Made by a program: the position numbers and the translations under genes. Of a stretch of DNA of 64,000 bases, positions 1 through 8,588 are shown in pieces. Location: contig JAZUAC010000062.1 in assembly GCA_045637775.1 (NCBI GenBank), positions 2,191 through 66,190 of the forward strand, written 5' to 3'. This stretch comes from Acutalibacteraceae bacterium. Lineage in GTDB: Bacteria; Bacillota; Clostridia; Oscillospirales; Acutalibacteraceae. The notes under the pieces were generated by a model. It saw only the letters and a list, made by a program, of their open reading frames with translations. It was not told the origin of the DNA and searched no databases. The first letter of the stretch is position 1. Each line of letters opens with the position of its first letter.

Positions 1-1179
1 GGGGATTTCAACCTCAACCTCGCGACCGAGCTTGGAAGAACGGTTGATACCGTCCAAAATTGCCTGATTGTAGATAATCTGGCTGGTGGGAACGGGAGCC
101 TCTTTACCATTGATGCAAGCATCAAGGAAGGAACGAATCTTTCTGTTCCAGAGATCATCGGTCTTGGGCAACAGAGGAACTTCGGTCTGGGTGGGAACGC
201 CTGCAACATCGTGATAGATGGTCATAGGCTTGGTGAAGGTTCCGTTCCAGCAATCGGTAGAAGGAACTCTCAACGAACCCTTGGTACCCATGATAATGGT
301 GTCACCGGGAGTGTCAAGATGCATATACCATGCAATTCTGAAGTCGAGGATGATGCCGCCCTCAAGACGGATGTAAGCCGAAGCAAAGTCATCAACAGAG
401 AACTTCTTGGCACATTCGGGCTTACCAACCTTGGCATAAGCCTCGGGGGTGGTTCCGAAATAGTCGGTAGCAGTACCGGTAACGGTCAAAGGCTTGGGGT
501 TGCCCAAAGCGTTCATAACAAGGTCAATAGAGTAGCAACCAATGTCACCCAAAGCACCAAGACCTGCCTTATCACCTTCGATGAAGGTTTCGGACCAAGA
601 TACGGGGATACCGTGACGACGGCCACCGCCGGTCTGAACATAGTAAACTCTACCAAGTTCGCCCGACTCAACAATCTTCTTGATCATCTGCATATTGGCG
701 TCAAATCTGGGCTGGAAGCCAACCGATACGATCTTGCCGGACTTCTTCTCGGCTTTCATAACCTCAATAGCCTCGTCCAAGGTTACGGTGAAGGGCTTTT
801 CAAGAAGAACGTTAAGACCGTGCTCCAAAGCATAAATGGTACATTCGGCATGGGTGCAGTTATAGGTACAAACCGATACAGCATCCATAGGAACGGTGTC
901 GATCATTTCCTTGTAATCGGTGAAGAACTTTGCGTTAGCAACCATCTCGGCGTTGCCAAACTTTTCAACGCAGGTAGCAAACTTTGCTTCTGCTTTGCCT
1001 TCGATAAGGTCACAACCTGCAACGATCTCAACATCGGGCTGCTTCATATAAGCAGCAATGTGGCTGGACGAAATACCGCCGCAACCGATGATACCGATAC
1101 GCATCTTCTTGCCGGTGCTTACAACTGCTTCCTCAACCTGATTAGAGGAAAAATCATTCATATCGATTTCTTTTGCCAT
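1..1179 (-). CDS. Gfo/Idh/MocA family oxidoreductase (C-terminal end cut by window edge)
   Basis: Own minus-strand translation from ATG 1179..1177 (RBS AGGAG upstream): MAKEIDMNDF...KMRIGIIGCGGISSSH Rossmann motif. The frame stays open to position 1 (...ILDGINRSSKLGREVEVEIP). The listed + ORF 211..1218 is its antisense shadow. Confidence 0.85.
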   Translation of the reverse strand, partial: MAKEIDMNDFSSNQVEEAVVSTGKKMRIGIIGCGGISSSHIAAYMKQPDVEIVAGCDLIEGKAEAKFATCVEKFGNAEMVANAKFFTDYKEMIDTVPMDAVSVCTYNCTHAECTIYALEHGLNVLLEKPFTVTLDEAIEVMKAEKKSGKIVSVGFQPRFDANMQMIKKIVESGELGRVYYVQTGGGRRHGIPVSWSETFIEGDKAGLGALGDIGCYSIDLVMNALGNPKPLTVTGTATDYFGTTPEAYAKVGKPECAKKFSVDDFASAYIRLEGGIILDFRIAWYMHLDTPGDTIIMGTKGSLRVPSTDCWNGTFTKPMTIYHDVAGVPTQTEVPLLPKTDDLWNRKIRSFLDACINGKEAPVPTSQIIYNQAILDGINRSSKLGREVEVEIP

Positions 1180-1238
1180 GGTTATCTACTCCTTTTTATA
1201 AAAAGAATATATCTTTAAATTTCAATTAAAGAACTAAA

Positions 1239-2060
1239 TTAGAGGGACTTGATGTAGTCAATACTCATCTTAGCGCATTCCATCGGAGTCTTATCAAGAG
1301 CGGGCTCATCCTGCTCTACGATAATGGCCTCGGCACCTGCGGCTTCTGCTGCTGCAATGATAGCGGCAACATCCTGAACGCCGTAGCCGACAGGACGGAG
1401 CTCAAACTTAACTGCAGGCTCTTCTGTGGCTTCCTCAGTTGTACCGCCACCGATAAGTCCGTACATATTGGCAGATTTCTGACCAACAAAGTCCTTAATG
1501 TGAACCAAAGGTGCACGGCCGGTGTACTTCTTAACATATTCAGCAGGATTCTCGCCACCAACATTTGCCCAGCAGGTATCAATCTCAGTCTGAAGCTCAT
1601 CGGGAGTGGTGTCTGCATAAAGAATATCAAGCTTGTTTTTGCCGTCAACCTTTACGAATTCAAAATCGTGGTTGTGATAGCCAAGCTTCATGCCATACTT
1701 CTTAAGCTCTGCAGAGATAACTTTGATATCCTCAAGCAACTTATCGTACTTGGGGCCGCCGGGGAGTGACTCGCCGTTCATCCAGGGAATAACGATATAC
1801 TTGCAACCGATATCGGCATAGGTCTTTACAACACCCTCAATGTCTGCAAGAATCTGGGTGGGAGCGACATGAGCCGAAATAGGTGTTACACCTGCTTCTG
1901 CACAGATAGCTTTAACCTCTTCTGCGGTGTGGCCGAAAAGACCTGCAAACTCAACCTGGTTATAGCCCATTTCTGCAACTGCCTTGATGGTGCCTGCAAA
2001 ATCCTTTTCCATTGCGCCTCTAACGGAATAAAGCTGAAGTCCGATAGGTAATTTTGTCAT
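1239..2060 (-). CDS. Sugar phosphate isomerase/epimerase (xylose-isomerase-like TIM barrel)
   Basis: 273-aa ORF with MTKLPIGLQLYSVR..., GYHNHDFEF and VHIKD motifs typical of the AP-endonuclease-2/xylose-isomerase-like fold. Good RBS (GGAGGAAATT) before the ATG. Confidence 0.85.
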   Translation of the reverse strand: MTKLPIGLQLYSVRGAMEKDFAGTIKAVAEMGYNQVEFAGLFGHTAEEVKAICAEAGVTPISAHVAPTQILADIEGVVKTYADIGCKYIVIPWMNGESLPGGPKYDKLLEDIKVISAELKKYGMKLGYHNHDFEFVKVDGKNKLDILYADTTPDELQTEIDTCWANVGGENPAEYVKKYTGRAPLVHIKDFVGQKSANMYGLIGGGTTEEATEEPAVKFELRPVGYGVQDVAAIIAAAEAAGAEAIIVEQDEPALDKTPMECAKMSIDYIKSL

Positions 2061-2241
2061 AATAATTTCCTCCTTGAATAGAGAATAAATTTATATTGCC
2101 AAACAGTGTGAAACTATTTTTTGAGTTCCTTCAATCTGTCTATGCACTAATCAAAAGCCGAAATTAAAAAGTGGAATAAAGTTGAACAGCAACAGGCAAA
2201 CTCATAAAAATCACCCAATCCTCACAGTAACGGCATTTTAT

Positions 2242-2278
2242 ACTTGTATTTTACATTAAAATACTGTACAATACAAGT
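2242..2278 (+). promoter_or_regulatory. Putative sigma-A promoter (TTGTAT-17-TACAAT) inside a 37-bp near-perfect palindrome; candidate operator
   Basis: ACTTGTATTTTACA (2242-2255) and TGTACAATACAAGT (2265-2278) are inverted repeats with one mismatch. -35 TTGTAT at 2244-2249, -10 TACAAT at 2267-2272. Lies in the divergent region between the isomerase and AraC genes. Confidence 0.4.
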
Positions 2279-2340
2279 CATAAAGAGAAAAAAAGTAGAC
2301 AAATATTGCACTCATTATTTGTTGAAAAAGAGGAAAAGCT

Positions 2341-3147
2341 ATGTATTTTCATTTCGAAACAAAGAAATCGGCATATGAGGCTCGCGGTGGTGACCAGCTT
2401 GCACCCACACCACACCTGCACAGCCACATTGAAATAGTGCTGACCAAATCGGGGACTACTATTGCCGTCGCCGACTCTGCCGAGGTTAAGGTTGAGGCTG
2501 GCGATCTGTTCATAGCGTTCCCCAACCAAGTGCATTATTACATTGATAAGCAACGTCCCGTCGATCACAAAATAGCCATCGTTTCACCCGATATGTGTCC
2601 CGAGTTCAGCCGAATTTTCAAGTCGATGGTGCCAAAAATTCCGTTGGTGAAAAACGCCATCCAAAACCCTCGCATAGTAGGTGCTTTGGAGAATATGGTG
2701 CAGTGCAAACGGGATCAAGGCGAATACTCCGAAACCGAAGCCAAGGGCTGTATGCTGATACTTATGAGTGAACTTTTCCGAAGTATTGAGCTGCAGGAAA
2801 AAGAATCCTGCGATAACGACCTTGTTAAGGATATTATTACCTATTGTTATGAGAATTACGACGGTGATATAAGCCTGCAAGCCATTGCCGACGAGCTGCA
2901 CATCAGCCGATGCTATATCTCACGTATTTTCAGCCGTCGTTTGCACATCAGTTTTAACGATTATATCAATTCGTTGCGCATCAGAAGTGCCTGCGAGATG
3001 CTCAAAAACACCAACACCTCGGTCACCGAGGTGGCACACGCGGTAGGTTACAATTCGGTGCGAACCTTTGACCGAGTGTTTTTAAATGCCCGCGGAATGA
3101 CCCCCAAAGAATACCGCCAAAAGGCATTTGAAAAGAAGAAGCAATAA
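2341..3147 (+). CDS. AraC family transcriptional regulator (cupin + HTH)
   Basis: 268 aa. The C-terminal part (ISLQAIADELHISRCYISRIFSRRL...MTPKEYR) is the canonical AraC-type double HTH. Confidence 0.9.
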   Translation: MYFHFETKKSAYEARGGDQLAPTPHLHSHIEIVLTKSGTTIAVADSAEVKVEAGDLFIAFPNQVHYYIDKQRPVDHKIAIVSPDMCPEFSRIFKSMVPKIPLVKNAIQNPRIVGALENMVQCKRDQGEYSETEAKGCMLILMSELFRSIELQEKESCDNDLVKDIITYCYENYDGDISLQAIADELHISRCYISRIFSRRLHISFNDYINSLRIRSACEMLKNTNTSVTEVAHAVGYNSVRTFDRVFLNARGMTPKEYRQKAFEKKKQ

Positions 3148-3489
3148 TGGAAAAGAAATTACCTATAAGAAAACGAAACCGTTTGCAAAATTATGATTAC
3201 AGTTCATGCGGTGCGTATTTTATAACAGTATGCACAAAGGATAGAAAATGTTTGTTTTGGTCGAAGGATGCATTTGATTTTGTAGGGGATGATATCCTCC
3301 CCTACAAGCAGCATGACTGCTGTTGGGCAAATGAAACGGTATGTTTCAAAAAGAATTGGCACTGCAATTTGGCAAGGGTCGTTTCACGACTATGTAATAC
3401 GTGACCGAAACGATTATGAGAAGATAGCCAAATATATGTATGAAAATCCGATAAAGTGGAAATTGGATTGTTTTTACACCGAAGAGTAA
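3147..3489 (+). pseudogene. Decayed RayT/IS200-like Y1 (HUH) transposase gene: internal deletion plus frameshift
   Basis: Frame A gives a family-typical N-terminus (RKRNRLQNYDYSSCGAYFITVCTKDRKCLF). Frame B gives the C-terminus (IWQGSFHDYVIRDRNDYEKIAKYMYENPIKW). About 80-90 aa are missing, including the expected HUH motif. A 24-nt GTAG...CTAC palindrome sits at the junction (3277-3300). Confidence 0.6.
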
Positions 3490-3497
3490 GCATAAAA

Positions 3498-3530
3498 AGC
3501 CAACGCATAAGGGAAACTTATGCGTTGGCT
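3498..3530. terminator. Bidirectional intrinsic terminator hairpin
   Basis: AGCCAACGCATAAG-ggaaa-CTTATGCGTTGGCT, a perfect 14-bp stem with an A-run upstream and a T-rich tail downstream. Lies between convergent genes. Confidence 0.7.
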
Positions 3531-3566
3531 TTAAAATTTCGGTGATTATATGTTGCATTTAACACA

Positions 3567-3770
3567 TTAAAGCCTGTTAATGATTTGTTCTCGACGAGCA
3601 TTGTATTCCTCGATCGAAATCATACCGTTATCAAGCATATCCTTAAGCGTGCGTAATTCTTGTTCGGGAGTTAGGGTGTTGGTCTTTTTGTTTTGTTTGG
3701 AAGATACCAAATAAACAATTATGCCAATTACAACGCAAATAATTATTAAAGGTATAAGAATAAGAAGCAT
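3567..3770 (-). CDS. SHOCT domain membrane-anchored small protein
   Basis: 67 aa with an N-terminal TM helix, then LRTLKDMLDNGMISIEEYNARREQII, which fits the SHOCT (short C-terminal domain) pattern. Confidence 0.75.
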   Translation of the reverse strand: MLLILIPLIIICVVIGIIVYLVSSKQNKKTNTLTPEQELRTLKDMLDNGMISIEEYNARREQIINRL

Positions 3771-3784
3771 AGTTTTATCTCCTT

Positions 3785-4147
3785 TTATTGGATGTTAGCG
3801 TTGCGGTTAGTTGCAGCACGCTGATATTCTTCCTCTGTAATAAGTCCTCCGGCACGAAGCTTTTCCAGTTGGGTAATTCTATCGCAGTCAATCTTTTGTT
3901 GGGTTGCAGATTTAATTGAATCACCACGAGTGTTACGCTCAATATCAGTAAGTTTGTCAATAATTTCGCCAAAACCGTATGTAAACCATGAGGTTATCCA
4001 TGCTACTAAAGGACCGCCTATGATCAAGAGTATACCGATGGGATCTTCCGTTGCAAGGATAACACCGCCGATTACCGAAGGAATGGCTATGATAAGAAAT
4101 GTGACGACAGCAAGAGCTTTGATTTTTTTGCCGATGTTACTGTACAT
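3785..4147 (-). CDS. Membrane protein with C-terminal SHOCT domain
   Basis: Start moved to ATG 4147 (MYSNIGKK...) because GGGGAGG lies 6 nt upstream. Two or three TM helices, and a C-terminus (LEKLRAGGLITEEEYQRA) that is SHOCT-like. Confidence 0.75.
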   Translation of the reverse strand: MYSNIGKKIKALAVVTFLIIAIPSVIGGVILATEDPIGILLIIGGPLVAWITSWFTYGFGEIIDKLTDIERNTRGDSIKSATQQKIDCDRITQLEKLRAGGLITEEEYQRAATNRNANIQ

Positions 4148-4167
4148 AAAATACCTCCCCAAAAATT

Positions 4168-4340
4168 AAAAAAAGTGTGTGCCGCCGAAGCTACACACAC
4201 ACCGAAAAATGCAGACCTCGATCAGCTACCACACCAAATCGTTGTTCATCACACAAGAATGCGAAAACAAAGCCCGCACTTTTACCTAAATAAAAATGCC
4301 GCCCTTGTATAATGAACAAAATATTGAATTTGGTGTGGTA
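4168..4340 (-). promoter_or_regulatory. Structured 5' leader (long multi-tier hairpin) followed by an intrinsic terminator; candidate riboswitch or attenuator
   Basis: Minus-strand RNA. P1 is UACCACACCAAAU (4340-4328) paired with AUUUGGUGUGGUA (4239-4227). Inner stems are UUGUUCAU/AUGAACAA, CAAG/CUUG and GCAUUUUU/AAAAGUGC. Then GUGUGUG-12 nt-CACACAC-U7 (4202-4168), 7 nt before the RBS. Confidence 0.45.
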
Positions 4341-4345
4341 ACTTT

Positions 4346-4374
4346 ATTATATCATCGCTGAACTTTAAAATCAA
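4346..4374 (-). promoter_or_regulatory. Putative sigma-A promoter TTGATT-17-TATAAT for the SHOCT genes
   Basis: Minus strand: -35 TTGATT (4374-4369), 17-nt spacer, -10 TATAAT (4351-4346). The predicted start falls at the base of the leader hairpin. Confidence 0.55.
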
Positions 4375-4400
4375 GAAATATCAGCAAATCGTTTAGTGGA

Positions 4401-4440
4401 TAAAAATAAGCCATCTCACATTTTACTGCGAGATAGCTTA
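4401..4440 (-). terminator. Intrinsic terminator of the his operon
   Basis: Minus strand: TAAGCTATCTC-loop-GAGATGGCTTA (one G-U pair) followed by TTTTTAT, directly after the hisK stop. Confidence 0.65.
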
Positions 4441-4447
4441 TTTGTTT

Positions 4448-5254
4448 TTAAAATTCTTCGGCTTGCCAACCGTTTTGGGTTAGGATATAGCGCTCGGTAA
4501 AGCCACATTCTTTGGCAATCTTTATTGCGGTGTCGAGGTGGTCGCCAAGCCAATCCTTGTTATGGCAATCACCGTTTATGACGATTTTTCCGCCCAAGCG
4601 GTTTATTTCCTTCAAAATAAACGGGTCGGGATATGGCGCGGTGCGGTATCCGCGGGTCATGGCACCAACATTGATTTCAAAAAATCTGCCATACGGCACA
4701 AGTGCCCTTACCGCCTTCAAAGCCGCGTTCCTATATCGGTCGGTCAAAACTCTTGGATGGGTTTCAAAAAACTTTGAAACAAGGTCAATATGACCGATAA
4801 TATCGCAATCTGTTTTGTTGACAATATCCTCTACCAACTCGAAATATTCCTCGGCAAAGCTCTCAAAATCACCGTCATACAGGTCATCCAACACGGTTTG
4901 CAAACCCTCGGGGTCAAGGTCAACAGGGTAAAGCCAGCCGTTTTTTTGAATGTTGTGCACCGAGCCGATGATGTAATCATAACCGTCTCCGTAAGGCTCG
5001 GAGTAATAGTCCTGCTCAAGCCCTAAAAAGATGTCGATTTTATCTTTGAATTCCTCTTTCAAGGCGGTCACTTCGGCTTTGTACTGTTTTGTGCCTTCGG
5101 GTGTCATACTGTAAGGTTCAACCGAAGGGTCATAAGAGTGACCCGAAAACCCGAAGATTTGGAAGCCGCGTTTTACGGCTTCCTCCACCATTTCACGCGG
5201 TGTGTCGTTACCGTCGCAAAAATTGGTGTGGGTGTGAAGATCAATCGTTGTCAC
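4448..5254 (-). CDS. hisK: Histidinol-phosphatase, PHP family
   Basis: [13 protein letters not shown]...GFSGHS...GHIDL PHP metal-binding motifs; last gene of the his operon. Start set at GTG 5254 (RBS AGGAGA 9 nt upstream). The longer ATG 5293 ORF overlaps the hisIE 3' end. Confidence 0.85.
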   Translation of the reverse strand: MTTIDLHTHTNFCDGNDTPREMVEEAVKRGFQIFGFSGHSYDPSVEPYSMTPEGTKQYKAEVTALKEEFKDKIDIFLGLEQDYYSEPYGDGYDYIIGSVHNIQKNGWLYPVDLDPEGLQTVLDDLYDGDFESFAEEYFELVEDIVNKTDCDIIGHIDLVSKFFETHPRVLTDRYRNAALKAVRALVPYGRFFEINVGAMTRGYRTAPYPDPFILKEINRLGGKIVINGDCHNKDWLGDHLDTAIKIAKECGFTERYILTQNGWQAEEF

Positions 5255-5909
5255 TTGCCATCTTCTCCTGCTTGACCTTGTGGTCGATAACATGACGCGA
5301 GGCCAATTCTTTTCTTATATCGTTGACCGAAATGCCGTTTTCAACCATAAGCACCATGATGTGATAAGCAAGGTCGGCAATCTCGTAAACAGTTTCTTTT
5401 TTATCGTGATCCTTGGCGGCAATGATAACCTCGGTACACTCCTCACCAACCTTTTTGAGAATCTTATCAAGACCCTTTGAGAAAAGATAGGTGGTGTAAG
5501 AACCCTCGGGCATGGTTGCCTTTCGACCCTCCAACAAGGCGTAAAGCTCGTCCATCGAGTATTCCGAAAGCTCGTCACTCTGCCAAACGGTTTCGGTAAA
5601 GCATGAGTCGGTACCCTTATGGCAGGCAGGACCATCCTTCTCAACCACAACGGTCAAAGCGTCACGGTCACAGTCGGCGGTTATCGACACAATGTGCTGA
5701 TAGTTGCCGCTGGTTTCACCTTTGAGCCAAAGCTCCTGACGAGAACGGCTGTAAAAACAGGTCAATCCCTTTTCCATTGAGATTTTAAGGCTTTCCTCGT
5801 TCATATAAGCCAAGGTCAGCACCTTTTTGGTCAAAGAATCGACCACGATGGCGGGAATAAGTCCCTTTTCATCAAATTTAAGTTGAGAAATATCAAAATT
5901 AGTGTTCAT
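5241..5909 (-). CDS. hisIE: Bifunctional phosphoribosyl-AMP cyclohydrolase / phosphoribosyl-ATP pyrophosphatase
   Basis: 222 aa. The N-terminal half is HisI-like (GLIPAIVVD...[16 protein letters not shown]...DCDRDAL). The C-terminal half is HisE-like (LYALLEGRK...SYTTYLF...EE..E). Confidence 0.95.
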   Translation of the reverse strand: MNTNFDISQLKFDEKGLIPAIVVDSLTKKVLTLAYMNEESLKISMEKGLTCFYSRSRQELWLKGETSGNYQHIVSITADCDRDALTVVVEKDGPACHKGTDSCFTETVWQSDELSEYSMDELYALLEGRKATMPEGSYTTYLFSKGLDKILKKVGEECTEVIIAAKDHDKKETVYEIADLAYHIMVLMVENGISVNDIRKELASRHVIDHKVKQEKMASDND

Positions 5910-5912
5910 AAA

Positions 5913-6671
5913 TTATAACCTCACTAAAATATCGTTGGCTTTAAGTTCGTTTTTAAGGTCTTCTATCTTGACCTCGCCAAAATGGAATATCGAAGCGGCA
6001 AGTCCTGCCGAAACCCTGGGGTCGGTTTTAAAAAGCTCGGTGAAATGGTCAATTCCGCCGGCCCCTCCCGAAGCAATAACGGGCACCTTTACGGCATCGC
6101 ACACGGCTGACAGCATTTCCAAATCAAAGCCTTTTTTAACACCGTCGGTGTCAATAGAATTAACAACAACCTCGCCTGCACCCATATCAACACAGCGTTT
6201 TATCCACTCAATGGCTTCCATTCCTGTGTTTTCACGGCCACCTTTAGAGAAAACGGTGAATTTTCCGTCAACCCTTTTTATGTCGGCTGACAAAACAACA
6301 CATTGGTCGCCATATTTTTTTGCGGCATCCTCAACAAGCTGAGGGTTGCGGATTGCACCCGAGTTGACACTGACCTTATCGGCACCGCATTTAAGCACAC
6401 GGTCAAAATCGTCAAGCGTGTTGATACCGCCGCCAACCGTCAAGGGGATAAAGATTTTTGAGGCAACCTCACGCAAAATGTCAGTGAAAAGCTGTCTGCC
6501 TTCAAAAGACGCGGTTATGTCATAAAAAACAAGCTCATCGGCACCGCAATTACTATAATACTCGGCAAGAGAAACGGGGTCGGAAACATCGTTCAGACCT
6601 TCAAAGTTAACACCTTTTACAACTCGTCCGTTTTTAACATCAAGGCAGGGAATGATTCTTTTGGTTATCAT
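5913..6671 (-). CDS. hisF: Imidazole glycerol phosphate synthase, cyclase subunit
   Basis: MITKRIIPCLDVKNGRVVKG...ADKVSVNSGA... matches canonical HisF. Overlaps the hisA stop by 4 nt. Confidence 0.97.
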   Translation of the reverse strand: MITKRIIPCLDVKNGRVVKGVNFEGLNDVSDPVSLAEYYSNCGADELVFYDITASFEGRQLFTDILREVASKIFIPLTVGGGINTLDDFDRVLKCGADKVSVNSGAIRNPQLVEDAAKKYGDQCVVLSADIKRVDGKFTVFSKGGRENTGMEAIEWIKRCVDMGAGEVVVNSIDTDGVKKGFDLEMLSAVCDAVKVPVIASGGAGGIDHFTELFKTDPRVSAGLAASIFHFGEVKIEDLKNELKANDILVRL

Positions 6672-7381
6672 TTTGCTGCCTCCAATGCTTCGCTTAAATC
6701 AATAGCGCCCGTGTAATAAGCCTTGCCGATAATACATCCGTAAATGTCCATTTCGCGCAATGCCTTAACATCGTCCATACTCGAAACACCACCCGAAGCG
6801 GTAATGTTCATTGAGAATTTCTGCGACATTTCACGGTAAAGCGGCAGATTTGTGCCCTTCATTGCACCGTCTTTCGAAACATCGGTACAAATGATGCAGG
6901 AAACGCCTAAAGCTTGCATTTTTTCGCAGAATTCCATTCCTGTAAACTGTGATTTTTCAAGCCATCCCTTGATGGCAACAAAACCGTCCTTAATATCGAC
7001 TCCAACGGCAATTTTATCACCGTGTTTTTTAACGGCTTCGGTCAAAAATGCCTCGTCGTTTACAGCGGCGGTGCCCAAAATAACACGGTCAACCCCTGCT
7101 GAAAGGTACTTTTCAACCGTTTCCATATTGCGAATGCCACCGCCGATTTCGATGAAAAGTTTAGTGGTTTCGCGAATCTTTTTAACGGTTTCAATGTTGG
7201 GTGTGCCGCCATCCTTGGCGCCCTCAAGGTCGACCAAATGAATGTGTGTAGCACCTTTAGATTCAAAATCGCGTGCAACGGCCGAAGGGTCATCGTTATA
7301 TACCGTCATTTGGGCATAGTCACCCTTAAAAAGTCGGACAGCCTTGCCGCCGACAATATCAATAGCGGGGAAAATTATCAT
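6668..7381 (-). CDS. hisA: ProFAR isomerase
   Basis: MIIFPAIDIVGGKAVRLFKGDY...VHLVDLEGAK is typical of HisA. Confidence 0.95.
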   Translation of the reverse strand: MIIFPAIDIVGGKAVRLFKGDYAQMTVYNDDPSAVARDFESKGATHIHLVDLEGAKDGGTPNIETVKKIRETTKLFIEIGGGIRNMETVEKYLSAGVDRVILGTAAVNDEAFLTEAVKKHGDKIAVGVDIKDGFVAIKGWLEKSQFTGMEFCEKMQALGVSCIICTDVSKDGAMKGTNLPLYREMSQKFSMNITASGGVSSMDDVKALREMDIYGCIIGKAYYTGAIDLSEALEAAK

Positions 7382-7383
7382 AA

Positions 7384-7998
7384 TCAGCCGTCCTCCTCAC
7401 AAAATGCTTTTAAAATATTAAGTCCCACATTTCCGCTTTTTTCGGGGTGGAACTGACAACCGAAAACATTGCCGTTTTGTACCGCGGCGGTGACAGGAAT
7501 GCCATATTCACTCGAAGCAATCAGGCTTTCATCGCAACCGTCGGCAAAATAAGAGTGAACAAAATAAACACAGTCGCCCTCATTGATATACTTAAAAATG
7601 GGGGAGGGGTTGTGGAATTTCAAAGCATTCCAACCCATGTGCGGAATATCCAAATTCTCGGGGATTCGGCCTTTCATGGCAACAACCTTACCTTTGATAA
7701 GACCAAGACCCTTGTGCACACCGTACTCATGGCTTTCCTCAAAAAGCATCTGCATTCCAAGGCAGATACCCATTATGGGCGTGCCATTCTTGGCTTTTTG
7801 AATAATCAACTCATCAAGCCCGTTGTGAGAGAGTTTTTTTCTCGCATCCTCAAAAGCACCTACACCGGGCAGGATAATCTTATCGGCTTTTTTTATAATA
7901 TCGGGGTCACCGGTGACGGTCACATCGGCTCCGACACATTTTAACGACGAACAGAGTGAGAAAAGGTTTCCCACTCCGTAATCTATTACTGCTATCAT
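7384..7998 (-). CDS. hisH: Imidazole glycerol phosphate synthase, glutaminase subunit
   Basis: MIAVIDYGVGNLFS...PGVGAF...GICLGMQ...HPEKS, the class-I glutamine amidotransferase triad motifs. Confidence 0.95.
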   Translation of the reverse strand: MIAVIDYGVGNLFSLCSSLKCVGADVTVTGDPDIIKKADKIILPGVGAFEDARKKLSHNGLDELIIQKAKNGTPIMGICLGMQMLFEESHEYGVHKGLGLIKGKVVAMKGRIPENLDIPHMGWNALKFHNPSPIFKYINEGDCVYFVHSYFADGCDESLIASSEYGIPVTAAVQNGNVFGCQFHPEKSGNVGLNILKAFCEEDG

Positions 7999-8586
7999 TT
8001 AAAGTACACCCTTTGTGGAAGGAATTTCGTCTGAGAATTTGGGGTCAATGCTGACGGCATCTTTTAGCGATCTTGCAACCGATTTAAAGGTGCCCTCGAT
8101 AATGTGGTGGGTATTTTCACCGTCAAACTGCTTGATGTGAAGTGTCAACTCGGCATTGCGAACAAACGCCATAAAGAACTCCTCAACCAACTCGGTGTCA
8201 AAGTCGCCAACCTTTTCGGTAAGACCTTGGAAGGTGCATTTAAGGTAACTTCTACCCGAAATATCAACCGCCGAAAGGATGAGTGCCTCATCCATGGGAA
8301 GAATCATATTGCCATAGCGGATGATACCTTTTTTATCGCCCAAAGCCTCTTTAAAGCACTGACCCAACACAATACCGATGTCCTCGGCGGTGTGGTGGTA
8401 GTCAACCTCAACATCACCCTTGCAGGTAACATCCAGGTCAAATCGACCGTGCTTGGCAAAAAGGGTCAGCATATGGTCTAAAAATCCGCAACCTGTCTGG
8501 ACGGTGGATTTACCCTCACCGTCAAGGTTTAAGGTCATTTTAATATCGGTTTCGTTTGTTTTGCGGGCAATTTCGGCTATTCTCAT
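7999..8586 (-). CDS. hisB: Imidazoleglycerol-phosphate dehydratase
   Basis: MRIAEIARKTNETDI...GFLDHML...HHTAEDI...HHIIE motifs. Start at ATG 8586 with GGAGG upstream; the longer ORF start overlaps hisC. Confidence 0.95.
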   Translation of the reverse strand: MRIAEIARKTNETDIKMTLNLDGEGKSTVQTGCGFLDHMLTLFAKHGRFDLDVTCKGDVEVDYHHTAEDIGIVLGQCFKEALGDKKGIIRYGNMILPMDEALILSAVDISGRSYLKCTFQGLTEKVGDFDTELVEEFFMAFVRNAELTLHIKQFDGENTHHIIEGTFKSVARSLKDAVSIDPKFSDEIPSTKGVL

Positions 8587-8588
8587 TT

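Noticed and set aside
211-1218. 335-aa plus-strand ORF at the start of the window
   Set aside because: It is antisense to a well-supported Gfo/Idh/MocA gene (ATG 1179 with RBS, Rossmann motif). The translation is low-complexity with no recognisable motif and no RBS.
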